A stretch of 64,000 nt of DNA from Candidatus Eiseniibacteriota bacterium (GCA_963762255.1 CAVXKA010000003.1:576001-640000); one strand, 5' to 3'. Counted from the stretch's first letter, positions 1-12,437 are shown. Numbers and translations are program-made. The notes: generated by a model from the sequence alone, not told the origin.

Positions 1-1937
1 GGAACACTCGCGCCGGGTGTCCCGGCCCCATCGCCGCTCTCCGCGCTCGCCAGCCGGTCGACCTCCACCCGGGCCAGGCTATCCCTCACCGCGTCGGCCC
101 TGAGTCGGTCCCGCTCCGCCCGGTCGCGCGCGGCCAGCGTGCTGTCCCGCGCCGCCACCGCGGCGAGGTTGAGAGGGTCGCGCAGCTCGTCGATGGTCGG
201 CCCTGCGAACTCCTCCGGCTTCAACTCGCGCTCAGGACCTCTCAGAATGCGCGAAGCCCGCCGACCGTACTCGGAGTCCGGATAGGTCTTCATGACCTCG
301 GCGTACTTGGCCCGACCGCGAGCGGTATCGGCCAGAGCGGTCACGCGCACCCACGCCTCGGCGAGCGCCGCCTTGGCCGCATGCTCCGTTCCCGGGAAGT
401 CCTTCTGAATTCCCTGGTACTCCTCGAGCGCGCGTTCCGGCTTCTCTTGCTGGAACAGATAGAGTTCGGCGCGCAGGAACCGACCCTCCGCTGCCGTCGC
501 CGTCGCCTTGCTCAGCGAGTCCGTGGCAGCGCCCATGAGCGTCTTCACCGCGCCCAGGTTTCGGGCGCGCCGCGCGGCGTCTTCGGTGAAGGACGATCGG
601 CCCTGCTCCGCCACCTTCCCGTACGCCTTCTGCGCCTCGTCGAAGTTGTCCATCTCCACTTCGTAGACGTACCCGATTCGGTATTGCGCCTCCGATGCGT
701 ACGCGGTGCGCGGATATTCCGCCATCACCTGCTCGAAGGTGAGGATCGCCTCCATCGCTTTCCCCACCTCCGCGAGCGCGGTCCCCTCGCGCAGCATCAC
801 CCGCGCAAGCTGGTCGTAGCGCACGTCGCTCTGCGGGAGCATGTGACGGTTCGGGTTGAGGGCGGCGGCCGTGGGCGTCGTGTGGGGAGCGGTGGTCACG
901 GGAGGCGTGATGAGCGCTCCCGTCGAGTCGCGTGGGGCGTACTTGGCCTGCTCCAAGGAATCCTCGCGAGCCTGGGTGAGCCGGGCCAGCTCCTCCGCGG
1001 CCAGCGCCTCGCGCTCTTCCTTCGTCATCCGTCCCTCGAGCACGTTCGGATCGATCTTGACCCCCAGGTCCTGATAGAGCTTGAGGGCCTCCTCATGACG
1101 GTCCTGCGCGCCGAGGGCCTCGCCAAGGAAGAGTTGGCCCTGCAGACGGTCGTCCTCATCGGGCGCTCTTCCGATCACTTCGGTGAAGACCTGCTCCGCT
1201 TCGGTGTACTGCCGCCGTTCCATCCGCAACTGGCCGAGATTGAGCCGCGCGTCGATGGATCGCTCCCCCTTCGGATGTCGGACCAGGAAATCGGCGTAGG
1301 CCTGGATCGCCTCGTCGGTCATCTTCCGCCGGTCCAATGTCTGGGCGAGATAGAACTCGACGGCTTCGCGCCCGTCGAACTTCGGGTAGACATCGAGTAG
1401 ATCGCTCCAGATGGTCTCCGCCGAGGAATAGTCCTGCTGCGCGAACGCCGTGAGCCCTCTCCAGTAGATCGCCTCCGGCAGAAGTCCGCTCTTGGGGAAT
1501 CGCTCGACGAAGCGATCCAGTTCGCGCCGCGCGCTCAGATAATCGCCCTTCCCGTAGTAGCCCTTAGCCATGAGGAGATACGCGTCGTCCTCCCAGCGGC
1601 TGCCCGGGAAGTCCTCGATAAGCTTCTGGCACTTCTCGATCGACTTCTTGTAGAGATCGATCGCCCGGCTCGTCCCCTGGCTCTGTCCGGCGACCGCCGC
1701 CGCCGCCGCGGGCGTCGCGCGAGCCTCCGTCTCCCGGACCTGTTCGGCATCGGAGTAGAAGCGACGCGCGTGATAGAACGTGTTGAAGTAGGCGCAGCCT
1801 GTGAGAAGGAGGAGCGTGGCGAGGGCCGCGCCGAGGCCCCATCGCGAGGTTGAAAGGCGGTTGGCCCCGACTCGGGAGCCCGGGATCCGGCCCCTGCGGC
1901 CGATTTCTCTCGTCAACACTCTGCCCTCGCGATTCAT
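1..1937 (-). CDS. TPR-repeat outer-membrane lipoprotein (BamD-like / SprE-PorW-like), runs off the window start
   Basis: Manual translation from ATG 1937: lipobox LLLTG-C followed by AYFNTFYHARRFY, then repeated TPR-like units (e.g. IEDFPGSRWEDDAYLLMAKGYY). Absent from the ORF track because there is no stop in the window. Confidence 0.75.
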   Translation of the reverse strand, partial: MNREGRVLTREIGRRGRIPGSRVGANRLSTSRWGLGAALATLLLLTGCAYFNTFYHARRFYSDAEQVRETEARATPAAAAAVAGQSQGTSRAIDLYKKSIEKCQKLIEDFPGSRWEDDAYLLMAKGYYGKGDYLSARRELDRFVERFPKSGLLPEAIYWRGLTAFAQQDYSSAETIWSDLLDVYPKFDGREAVEFYLAQTLDRRKMTDEAIQAYADFLVRHPKGERSIDARLNLGQLRMERRQYTEAEQVFTEVIGRAPDEDDRLQGQLFLGEALGAQDRHEEALKLYQDLGVKIDPNVLEGRMTKEEREALAAEELARLTQAREDSLEQAKYAPRDSTGALITPPVTTAPHTTPTAAALNPNRHMLPQSDVRYDQLARVMLREGTALAEVGKAMEAILTFEQVMAEYPRTAYASEAQYRIGYVYEVEMDNFDEAQKAYGKVAEQGRSSFTEDAARRARNLGAVKTLMGAATDSLSKATATAAEGRFLRAELYLFQQEKPERALEEYQGIQKDFPGTEHAAKAALAEAWVRVTALADTARGRAKYAEVMKTYPDSEYGRRASRILRGPERELKPEEFAGPTIDELRDPLNLAAVAARDSTLAARDRAERDRLRADAVRDSLARVEVDRLASAESGDGAGTPGASV

Positions 1938-1946
1938 AGCCACCAG

Positions 1947-1975
1947 ACTCTAGGCCACCCGATCCGCGCGCTCAA
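1947..1975 (-). promoter_or_regulatory. Putative sigma70 promoter TTGAGC-N17-TAGAGT
   Basis: Correct 17-nt spacing, 9 nt upstream of ATG 1937. Confidence 0.4.
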
Positions 1976-2051
1976 GGCTATTACCCATTGCCTCACAGAC
2001 GGTTCCCGGAATGGACCTCCAGGCGCGAGGGAACCGTCGCCGCCGGCCGAC

Positions 2052-3368
2052 CTACCGTCGCCGCCGCACCACCACCCCCACGCCCAGCACGGCGACGATC
2101 AGCAGCAAGGGGTACATGGGCATCGCGTAGCGGCCCCGCATCGCGAAGTTCATGTAGAAGAGCGACTGCCACAGGAACACGGCATAGGGGATGGCGAAGC
2201 GGTCGCGAAAGCGGAATGAGTAGACGAGACCGATGAGGAAGAAGAGTAGGACGACGGTCATCACCGCCATGTAGGCGCGGCCCACGCCCGGCACGTACCC
2301 GGCAAGCATGGGATTCCCCCACCAGAGACAGAGCAACCGCTCCATGGCGCGGCGCGCGGTGAACCCTGGGTTCTCCCGCATGAGCTGCAGTCCCTTGGCG
2401 AAGAGCATGCGGTCGAAGTCCGCCTCGTTCATGGTTTCGAGGGCCTGGCGATCGATCAGCCTCCACCGTACCTCGTCGTCGTAGCACAGGAGGTTCTGCA
2501 TGAGACCGCCCTGGGGGATCTGGCCGCCGAGGAAGTTGAACCCAATGTTGGTCGCCACGGGAATGAAACGGTGGTGGATGCGTGCATTCCGCACCGTCCA
2601 GGGCAGGAGCACGACCAAGGCGACAATGAGGACGGCACCGCTCATCCATACCGCCCGGCGCCAGGGCACGCGCATCATCCGCAGGGCCACCGGCACGAAG
2701 AGCAGGGTTCCCAGGAACGCCGGCAGCATGGTGCCGACGATCCCATACACCGCGCCGGCGCGGACGGCGTCGGAAAGACGCCGGCTGCGCCCCGCCCGGA
2801 GGAGGAGCCATACCGCCCAGGTCGCCGCGAAGACCTCGAACGTCGTCGAATAGGCGGCCGACGAGTAGACGGCAAGCGGCGGCCAGAAAGCGACCGCGTA
2901 GCCGGCGGCGAGGGCCAAAACCCGGGGTGACGGCGAAACGCCCGTCGCCGAAGACTCGCCGCGATCGAAGAGCACCGTCGCTATGCGTCGCGCCAGCACG
3001 GCGGTGGCGGCGGAGGGAATGGCCTGGATCACCTGCATGGCCGGCACCCAGGAGTCGTGCCCGAACGCGGCCTTGAGCAGAGCGAGGAACGCGGGGTAGA
3101 AGGGCGGGAAGAACGACGTGCGGGGGACGTCGGTTCCGTAGAAATCCCAGGTGAAGCCCCGCCCAGCGAGGATGTTGTCGGAGAGGCTCCCCAACTCCAG
3201 CCCGGCCAACTCGACATGGTCCGGAGCGTAGAGGACGCTGATCCCAAGTCGTATGACCAGCGCGATCAGGAAGAGCCCCAGATCGCTGGCCAACCAGGAG
3301 CGAAGCGTCTCCAGCCGGAACCGGGCGGGACGCGCCGCCTCCACACCCCGCACGGTAGAGCCACGCAT
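2052..3368 (-). CDS. GT-C fold membrane glycosyltransferase (ArnT/PMT_2, GT39-like)
   Basis: Multiple TM helices; motifs NILAGRGF, TSFFPPFYPAFL, LLPWTVRN...FIPVATNIGFNF, RYAMPMYP. Start taken at ATG 3368 inside the 820-aa ORF. Confidence 0.75.
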   Translation of the reverse strand: MRGSTVRGVEAARPARFRLETLRSWLASDLGLFLIALVIRLGISVLYAPDHVELAGLELGSLSDNILAGRGFTWDFYGTDVPRTSFFPPFYPAFLALLKAAFGHDSWVPAMQVIQAIPSAATAVLARRIATVLFDRGESSATGVSPSPRVLALAAGYAVAFWPPLAVYSSAAYSTTFEVFAATWAVWLLLRAGRSRRLSDAVRAGAVYGIVGTMLPAFLGTLLFVPVALRMMRVPWRRAVWMSGAVLIVALVVLLPWTVRNARIHHRFIPVATNIGFNFLGGQIPQGGLMQNLLCYDDEVRWRLIDRQALETMNEADFDRMLFAKGLQLMRENPGFTARRAMERLLCLWWGNPMLAGYVPGVGRAYMAVMTVVLLFFLIGLVYSFRFRDRFAIPYAVFLWQSLFYMNFAMRGRYAMPMYPLLLIVAVLGVGVVVRRRR

Positions 3369-3506
3369 GGGCGGAATTATAGGCCATCCGGTTCGGGCCT
3401 GTCCCCGCGCTGGCCGAGGCCCAGCGCCGCGCTGACTCCTGAGCGGGCCGCGGTTCCCAGACAGGCTACGCCGCGCGGGCGTCAGCGCGTATGATACCCA
3501 GCACCT

Positions 3507-5680
<2,174 letters not shown>

Positions 5681-5717
5681 CCCCCCCCGGGGCTCGATGA
5701 ACTGGGGGTTGCGGACG

Positions 5718-5726
5718 TGGTATACT
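5718..5726 (+). promoter_or_regulatory. Possible extended -10 promoter TGgTATACT
   Basis: Lies in an AT-rich intergenic region upstream of ATG 5791. Confidence 0.3.
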
Positions 5727-5790
5727 TATATCCGTGTAGTGCATCTCCTGTGTAGTTCCTGGCACCCTTGGGGCAGCTTATATGTATTCA

Positions 5791-6645
5791 ATGAAGTTTC
5801 GCGCGCGCTTTACTTTGTTCTCTCTCGCCTTGGCCTTTGCGGTCCCGGCGCTCCTCTGCGGAGTCCTCTCCCCGGCCCTGGCCTCGGGATTGAGGATTCC
5901 CGGCGATCCGGGCCGGACTGGCGTCAGCGCCGGGGGCGTCACGGACGCAGCCGCGGCGGCAAAATTCCCCGTGGCCTGGGGAGAGTCCTGGGACCACATC
6001 TCGCTCCAGGACGTGCTTGACGCCGAGTACGGACCCGGGGTTCTCGACGCCAAGACCGGCTATATCGGGTACCACAGCGTCGACCCGGATCCCATCTACT
6101 GGGAGGACGATCGCCTGGACGGGATCCTCGTTGTCGAGATTGCCGGGAACTCGGAACGAAACACCCTTGGTTGGTACCAGGAAGAGTTCGTGAAACCGGT
6201 CATCGACGGCGTGAACGACGGCGTGATTTTCGAGGGGTACATGTCCGCCCGGGAATCCGTGGTCATCCACTTCCCGCTGGGGCTGACCCGGTTCGGCCTT
6301 TGGCTGAATCCGAACGGTACGGGCCATGCCAACAACGCGCCCGAGCCCGAGTTGTTCTTCTGCAACAGGTTCTACAACGACATCGGACCCTCGGGGAGCG
6401 GCACCCTCCATGCGCCGACGAACGGGGATCCCCAGATCCTCGTCTACAACATCACCCACTTGAGATCCGGCGTGCCGACCTTTGTCATCGCCTGCGAGGA
6501 TCTCGATTCCGGCGGCGAAGTCACTCCGGAGTACTCGGAAGGCACGGACAACGACTTCCAGGACATGGTCATCGAGATCAGCGCCATCTCCCCGGTGCCG
6601 GTGAGAGCCACGACCTGGGGCCGGGTCAAGACCCTGTTCCAGTAG
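5791..6645 (+). CDS. Secreted DUF4114-like protein with C-terminal VPVxxTTWGRVKTLFQ tail
   Basis: N-terminal signal peptide; GNSERNTLGWY and CEDLDSGG...DNDFQDMVIEI match the DUF4114 pattern; tail TTWGRVKTLFQ*. Confidence 0.7.
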   Translation: MKFRARFTLFSLALAFAVPALLCGVLSPALASGLRIPGDPGRTGVSAGGVTDAAAAAKFPVAWGESWDHISLQDVLDAEYGPGVLDAKTGYIGYHSVDPDPIYWEDDRLDGILVVEIAGNSERNTLGWYQEEFVKPVIDGVNDGVIFEGYMSARESVVIHFPLGLTRFGLWLNPNGTGHANNAPEPELFFCNRFYNDIGPSGSGTLHAPTNGDPQILVYNITHLRSGVPTFVIACEDLDSGGEVTPEYSEGTDNDFQDMVIEISAISPVPVRATTWGRVKTLFQ

Positions 6646-9600
6646 AGGGTCGCGCCTCGGCCGCGGATCTTCGAGTTTCCAGCCAGTAATAGACCACCGG
6701 CAGCACGATCAGGGTCAGCAGCGTCGAGGTCACGAGCCCACCCATGACCACCACGGCCAGCGGCTTCTGAATATCCGCACCGGAACCGGTCGCGTAGAGC
6801 ATCGGGAGATGTCCGATGAAGCTCACGAGCGCGGTCATGAAGAGGGGCTTGAAGCGAAGGCGGCAACCCTCGATCACGGTCTCCCGAGCGCCGCACCCGC
6901 GTTCCTTGAGCTGCCTGAAGAAGGCAAGGAGCACGACTCCGTTCTGCACGGCGATCCCCAGGAGCACGATGAAGGCCACCGCTGCGGAAACCGAGAGGTG
7001 CATGCCGAACGCGACCGCGGCGATGAGCCCGCCGACCAGCGCGAACGGAAGATTCAGGATGACGAGCGTCGAGTTGCGGATCGAGCCCAGGGCCGAATAG
7101 AGAAGGAATGCGATGAGCAACAGCACGATCGGGACGACGATCGCGAGCTGCCGCATGGCCCGCTGCTGATTCTCGAACTGTCCCCCGTACCGGATGAAGT
7201 ACCCGGGTGGTAGCGACGATTCAAGATCACCGAGGCGATCCTGCACCTCGGACACGAACCCTCCAAGGTCCCGTCCGCGGACGTTCGCTTCCACGACCAC
7301 CCGGCGCATCCCGTTCTCGCGGCTCACCTGCGCCGGCCCGTCTGCCTGGACGATCCGGCCGATCTGAGCGAGTGGAACCCGCTCGCCGCCGGGAGCCGAG
7401 ATCAGGAGCTCCTCTAGATCCTGGACCCGGTGCCTGGCCCCCTCTTCGAAACGCACCACGATCGGAAATCGCTGCTCCCCCTCTATGAACGTGCTGACCG
7501 GCCGGCCGGCGATCCCGGTCTCGAGCAGTTCGTTAACGTCGGAGGCGTTCAAGGCGTAGCGCGCCATGGCCGCCCGGTCGAACTCCACGGTCTCCTGCAC
7601 CATTCCGGAGATCTGCTCCACCTTGACGTCGCGGGCCCCTGGGACGCCGTTGAGAGCCGTCGCGGCCGCATCCGCGTATTGCTTCAGCAAGCCGAGGTCC
7701 GGACCGAAGATCTTGACCGCGAGGTCGCTCTTGACCCCCGAGATCAGCTCGTTGACCCGCAGGGCGATGGGCTGCGAGAACGAGAGACGCACCCCGGGGA
7801 TGGCTGAAAGCTCGCTGCTGATCGCTTCGGTCAACTGCCGCTTGTCCCGGCCCGTCCTCCAATCCCTGCGCGGCTTCAGCATGATGAACACGTCGCTCTG
7901 CTCGGGCCCCATGGGATCCTCGGAAATCTCCGCCCGGCCGGTCTTGGTGACAACGGTCGCCACCTCGGGGAAACGCATGACCCGCTTCTCGATCTCCTGC
8001 GAGATCACGACCGAGCCGTCCAGGGAAGCGTTCGGCAACCGTACGACGTTGATCGCGATCGCCCCTTCGTCGAGAGTCGGAATGAACTCCATCCCGAGAG
8101 AGGGTAGGAAGGCTAGAGACGACAGCAGAACAAGAACAGCGATCCCCATCGTCAGCTTGGACCTCCTCATTGCGCCCTCCAGAACACGGAGGTATCCATG
8201 GTGGAAACGCCGGACGAATCCGAACTCCCGCTCCCGACCGGTCCGGAGGATCCACTCGGAGAGCGGGGGGATGATCGTCATCGCCACCACGAGCGACGTG
8301 AGAAGGGCGAGCAGGAGCGTGAGCGCCAGGGGGAGGAACATCTTCCCCTCGACCCCTTGAAGCGTAAAGAGCGGGACAAGAACGAGGGCGATGATGAGCA
8401 CCGAGAACGCGACCGGCCGCGCCACTTCCGTCAGCGCCGAGAGAACAATGGCCCTCCTCGTCTCCGTCGTGCCCCGATCGGCCAGATGTCGGCGGATGTT
8501 CTCGACGATGACGATCGACGCATCGACGACCATCCCCACGGAGAAGGCCAGCCCCCCGAGGCTCATGAGGTTGGCAGAGATGTTGAGCGGCCGCATGAGG
8601 ACGAAGGTGAAGAGGAAGGTGATCGGGAGCGAGAGAACGACGATCAGGGCCGTTCGTAGCTCGGCAAGAAAGAGGAAGAGAACGAGAATGACGAGCACGG
8701 CCCCCACGAGGAGGGCCTCCATGACGGTCCGAATGCAGGCTTCGATCAACTCGGTGCGGTCGTAGAAGACGTCGATGCGAGCGCCGCGGGGCAGACCGCC
8801 CTGGATCCGATGGGCCGCCTCTTTGACGCGCTCCACGACCGTCTTGGAGTTTTCCCCGCGGAGCATGATCGCCATGCCGGCGACTGTTTCGCCGCTCGCG
8901 TCGCGCGTCACGGCTCCCTGGCGGGTCACCGCGCCGATCCCCACCTCGGCCACGTCCCGCAGGAACACCGGCGTGCCGTCGCTCGCTTTCAGCACGACCG
9001 TTTCGATGTCGCCGATGGAGGTGAAGATCCCCCGGCCGACGACGTAGAACTGTTCCCAACCCTTCACGATGTAGCCGGCTCCCGCGTTGGCGTTGTTCGC
9101 CTCCACGGCCTCGACGACGTCGCGAAGGGAGAGTCCGTATTTCACGAGCCGGTCCGGATGGACGCGGACCTCGTACTGCTTGGCGAATCCGCCGAAGCTG
9201 TTGACCTCCGTCACGCCGGGAACGCTGCGAAGCTGGGGCGCGATGAGCCAGTCCTGGATGGTCCTCCGTTCCATCGCCGTGAGGCTGTCGCCTTCGATCG
9301 TGTACTGGAAGATCTCCCCGAGTCCCGTGCTCAACGGGGCCATCTCCGGCTCGATCCCTTCGGGGAGGGCTTCCCGGGCCTCCTGGAGCCGCTCGAAGAC
9401 CACCTGGCGTGCGAAGTAGGGATCGACCGAGTCCTCGAACACCACGATGACTTGCGACAGCCCGGCGCGCGAGAGGGAGCGGACGAGTCGGACGTGGGGC
9501 AGGCCTCCCATCTGCTGCTCGATGGGATACGTGATCCGTTGCTCGCATTCCTCGGTCGAGAGTCCCGGCGCCTTGCTCAGAACCATCACCTGGATGTTCG

Positions 9601-9724
9601 TCACATCGGGAAATGCGTCGATCGGAAGCCGGGTCCAGGCCAGCCCGCCGAGGACGCTGAGCAGGAACCCGGCGCCCAGAACCGACCACCTGCGTTCCAG
9701 AAGCGCGTTGAAGAACCTGGTCAT
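6626..9724 (-). CDS. czcA: CusA/CzcA family heavy-metal efflux RND permease
   Basis: LPIDAFPDVTNIQV, GMVVDASIVIVEN, GADIQKPLAVVVMGGL; 1032 aa. Confidence 0.95.
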   Translation of the reverse strand: MTRFFNALLERRWSVLGAGFLLSVLGGLAWTRLPIDAFPDVTNIQVMVLSKAPGLSTEECEQRITYPIEQQMGGLPHVRLVRSLSRAGLSQVIVVFEDSVDPYFARQVVFERLQEAREALPEGIEPEMAPLSTGLGEIFQYTIEGDSLTAMERRTIQDWLIAPQLRSVPGVTEVNSFGGFAKQYEVRVHPDRLVKYGLSLRDVVEAVEANNANAGAGYIVKGWEQFYVVGRGIFTSIGDIETVVLKASDGTPVFLRDVAEVGIGAVTRQGAVTRDASGETVAGMAIMLRGENSKTVVERVKEAAHRIQGGLPRGARIDVFYDRTELIEACIRTVMEALLVGAVLVILVLFLFLAELRTALIVVLSLPITFLFTFVLMRPLNISANLMSLGGLAFSVGMVVDASIVIVENIRRHLADRGTTETRRAIVLSALTEVARPVAFSVLIIALVLVPLFTLQGVEGKMFLPLALTLLLALLTSLVVAMTIIPPLSEWILRTGREREFGFVRRFHHGYLRVLEGAMRRSKLTMGIAVLVLLSSLAFLPSLGMEFIPTLDEGAIAINVVRLPNASLDGSVVISQEIEKRVMRFPEVATVVTKTGRAEISEDPMGPEQSDVFIMLKPRRDWRTGRDKRQLTEAISSELSAIPGVRLSFSQPIALRVNELISGVKSDLAVKIFGPDLGLLKQYADAAATALNGVPGARDVKVEQISGMVQETVEFDRAAMARYALNASDVNELLETGIAGRPVSTFIEGEQRFPIVVRFEEGARHRVQDLEELLISAPGGERVPLAQIGRIVQADGPAQVSRENGMRRVVVEANVRGRDLGGFVSEVQDRLGDLESSLPPGYFIRYGGQFENQQRAMRQLAIVVPIVLLLIAFLLYSALGSIRNSTLVILNLPFALVGGLIAAVAFGMHLSVSAAVAFIVLLGIAVQNGVVLLAFFRQLKERGCGARETVIEGCRLRFKPLFMTALVSFIGHLPMLYATGSGADIQKPLAVVVMGGLVTSTLLTLIVLPVVYYWLETRRSAAEARPSTGTGS

Positions 9725-9747
9725 TCGTTAGCCCCCGATCCTTCGGT

Positions 9748-11097
9748 TCAGTCCGCGCATCCCGCACCCATCTTCGAACGAAGCACGTCCGACTTCAGGG
9801 TGAACGCTCCCCTGCTGACGACGATGTCCCCGTCCGTCAGACCTTGGGTGATTTCCACCCAATCGTCCCAGGAACTGCCGATCATCACCGGGCGGCGGAC
9901 GAAGTACGGAGGCACGGTCGGCACGAAGACGAACGCGCGGCCCTCGTCCTCGAGGACGGCCTCCGCCGGTACCGTCAACGCCTGACCGGAATCGTCTCCG
10001 AGCAAGTGCACGCGTGCGAACATGCCGGCCCGCAGGAGCCCGCCGGGGTTGTCCACGACAACCCGCACTTGGGCCGTGCGAGTCGCTTCGTCCACGATCC
10101 CGCCCACACGCTCGACGCGCCCGGGGAAGATCCGGTCCGGATACGCCGGAACTTCGATGTGCGCCAGGACCGCTCCCTTGGCTTGCTCCCGCAGAAGGCC
10201 GGCTAGTTCCCGCTCGTAGAGGCTCGTCCACACCCACATGTCGGAGGTGTCGCCGAGGAGGAGAAGCGCTTGCCCCGGCTCGACCATGGCTCCGAGGCTC
10301 AGGTTGCGCTCGAGCACCGTCCCGTCGAATGGAGCCTTCACGGGGAGGGCGGTCGACTCGATGCCGTTCGCGCTTACATCCGCGATCTCCTGCGCGGTCA
10401 ATCCGCAGGCCAGCAGCCGCGCTCTCGCGGCCTGGCTCGTCGCAGCGGCCTCGTCCCTGGCCGCCTCGGCCTCCAGCAGATCCTTCCGCGGGCAGACCTT
10501 CTTCTCGTAGAGGTCGCGCTCGCGGTCCAAGGTTCCTTCTGCGAGTTTCAGAGAGGCTTGAGCGATCAGGTGGGCGGCCCGCGCTTCCGCGAACTCAGGA
10601 CTATCCACGGTGAATAGGACCTGGCCCCGGCGGACGTCGGCTCCCAGGTCGACCAGGATCGAGCGCACGGTGCCCGCCGTTCGGGGGCTCAAGTAGGCGG
10701 CGCGCTCCTCATCCAGACGGACCTCGCCGTTGTGCGCCATCGACCCTTCCCTGGACCTTCGCACGACGCGGGCCGTTTGCAGCGGGCCGTCCTCGTCCAG
10801 AAGATCGGGGGCCACCTTGACGACCCCGACTTCGTAGCGGCACTCGTCGCACGTGTACGTGCGAACCCCGTGCTCGCATTGATCGCTCATGAGATCCTCG
10901 ATAGGCCGGTCGAGGTCCGAGACTTCACCTTCCTCGCCCTCGTGCCCTGCCGGCTCGGCCGCCGGGTCGGTCACAGAGGCCGCTCTGGCACTCGCAACCT
11001 CGCCGCGATCCGTGCCGCAGCCGGCCGCGGCGAAGGCGCCAACGACGGCGAGGAACATCAACGAACTTCTGATAGGTCGATCAAGCGCGCAACTCAT
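9748..11097 (-). CDS. czcB: RND periplasmic adaptor subunit (CzcB/CusB-like) with Cys/His metal motif
   Basis: Lipoprotein-like N terminus, CEHGVRTYTCDEC, APFDGTVLER, NPGGLLRAGMF; start ATG 11097 overlaps the tolC stop and has an RBS (GAAGGAG). Confidence 0.9.
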   Translation of the reverse strand: MSCALDRPIRSSLMFLAVVGAFAAAGCGTDRGEVASARAASVTDPAAEPAGHEGEEGEVSDLDRPIEDLMSDQCEHGVRTYTCDECRYEVGVVKVAPDLLDEDGPLQTARVVRRSREGSMAHNGEVRLDEERAAYLSPRTAGTVRSILVDLGADVRRGQVLFTVDSPEFAEARAAHLIAQASLKLAEGTLDRERDLYEKKVCPRKDLLEAEAARDEAAATSQAARARLLACGLTAQEIADVSANGIESTALPVKAPFDGTVLERNLSLGAMVEPGQALLLLGDTSDMWVWTSLYERELAGLLREQAKGAVLAHIEVPAYPDRIFPGRVERVGGIVDEATRTAQVRVVVDNPGGLLRAGMFARVHLLGDDSGQALTVPAEAVLEDEGRAFVFVPTVPPYFVRRPVMIGSSWDDWVEITQGLTDGDIVVSRGAFTLKSDVLRSKMGAGCAD

Positions 11098-12365
11098 CGG
11101 GACTCTCCTTCGCCTGGCGTCGTGCCTTGGCTCACAAGTCGAACGAGATCGGCACGTGCGATCCATACAGACCGCAAGGCGTCGATGTACTCCAACCGGG
11201 TTTGCAGGAGGACTCGACCGGCGTCGATGAGGTCGAGAAGACCGAACTTCCCCCGCCGATATCCTTCCTGCACGGACGCATGGACTGCCTGCGCGCGGGG
11301 CAGGCCCACGTCTCGCAAGCTCCGAGATGTCTCGAGCGCGACCGCCAGCGCGTCGTATGCGGTCGCCCGGGCGAGGGCGATCCGGCTCTGAAGGGCCGCC
11401 CGCTCCGCGCGCGACTGGGCGAGTCGGGCGCGGGCCTCATCGAGGGCGCCGCCCTTGCGATCGAACAAGGGCAGATTCAGCACGAGACCGCCGACATAGC
11501 TCTGCTCGTTCGATGCGTTGAACCGCCTGAGCCCGCCGTGGATGGCCACTTCCGGCATGCGCTCCCGACCGGCAAGCGTGGCCGCCGCATCCGCCCGACT
11601 GACTTCCGCGTCAGCGCGCCGCAAGTCCGGCAGCTCGGGGACGGCGGCAAAGAGCGAGTCGCGATCTGGGAGGGATGGAGCGATCTCGATCGATCCCTGA
11701 ACCCCGGAGAAGTCCGGTTCGACGCTACCCCAGAGTTGAGCCAGGGACCGGAGTGCGCTGGCTTGCTGGAATCTGGCGGCCAGCAGGCGGGTTGTGACCT
11801 GGGCCCGCTCGGCCTCCGCGCGGTCCACTTCGATCGGGGACACTTCCCCGGCATCGACGAGGGCGGTCACGGCGCGGACGGTCTCGACCGCGATGCTGTC
11901 GGTTGCCTCCAGCGATTCGGTGCGCCACTGCGCGGCGAGGGCATCCGCGAACCTCCGATCGACTTCGGCCAGAAGATCGAGCTGCACGACATCGACGGAG
12001 AGGATCGCGGCATCGCGGCTGTGGATTGCGGCCCGCGTTCTCGCGCGCCGCGTACCGAAGAGATCGAGCCGCTGCGAGAGGCTCCAGGTCACCTCCGCCT
12101 CGTCCCATCCCGGCCTGTCTCCTCCGACTTCCTCCGCATCGACTCCGATCTCCGGGTTCGGCCAAGCCCGCGCTTGCCGGAGGGCGCCGCCTGCCGCGGC
12201 GGCCGCGTTTCGCGCCGCCTCCAGGTCTGGATTCGACGCGAGGGCGCGGGATCTGGCCTCCGAGAGCGAGATCGACGGACCGTCGATCGCCGCGCGGGCG
12301 GTCTGCGCGTGCAATGACGCCGAGATGAGAACAGCGAGCATGAGTCGCTTGGACGCTTGGAACAT
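11094..12365 (-). CDS. czcC: TolC/CzcC family outer membrane factor
   Basis: Signal peptide, ALASNPDL, WPNPEI, LNLPLFDR, GYRRGKFGLLDLIDA. Confidence 0.9.
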   Translation of the reverse strand: MFQASKRLMLAVLISASLHAQTARAAIDGPSISLSEARSRALASNPDLEAARNAAAAAGGALRQARAWPNPEIGVDAEEVGGDRPGWDEAEVTWSLSQRLDLFGTRRARTRAAIHSRDAAILSVDVVQLDLLAEVDRRFADALAAQWRTESLEATDSIAVETVRAVTALVDAGEVSPIEVDRAEAERAQVTTRLLAARFQQASALRSLAQLWGSVEPDFSGVQGSIEIAPSLPDRDSLFAAVPELPDLRRADAEVSRADAAATLAGRERMPEVAIHGGLRRFNASNEQSYVGGLVLNLPLFDRKGGALDEARARLAQSRAERAALQSRIALARATAYDALAVALETSRSLRDVGLPRAQAVHASVQEGYRRGKFGLLDLIDAGRVLLQTRLEYIDALRSVWIARADLVRLVSQGTTPGEGESR

Positions 12366-12437
12366 CGTTCCCCCGGAAAGAGAGTCCGCGCACGGGCGCG
12401 CGAAGACGCGCACACGTGCAACCGTAAAGCCGGAGAC

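Noticed and set aside
5760-5774. sigma54 promoter TGGCAC-N5-GGGC upstream of the DUF4114 gene
   Set aside because: Poor -12 element, and the implied TSS would almost coincide with the start codon; not supportable
9748-9760. Selenocysteine read-through at the adaptor TGA after GCAD
   Set aside because: No convincing SECIS hairpin, and the downstream sequence serves as the czcA translation start region
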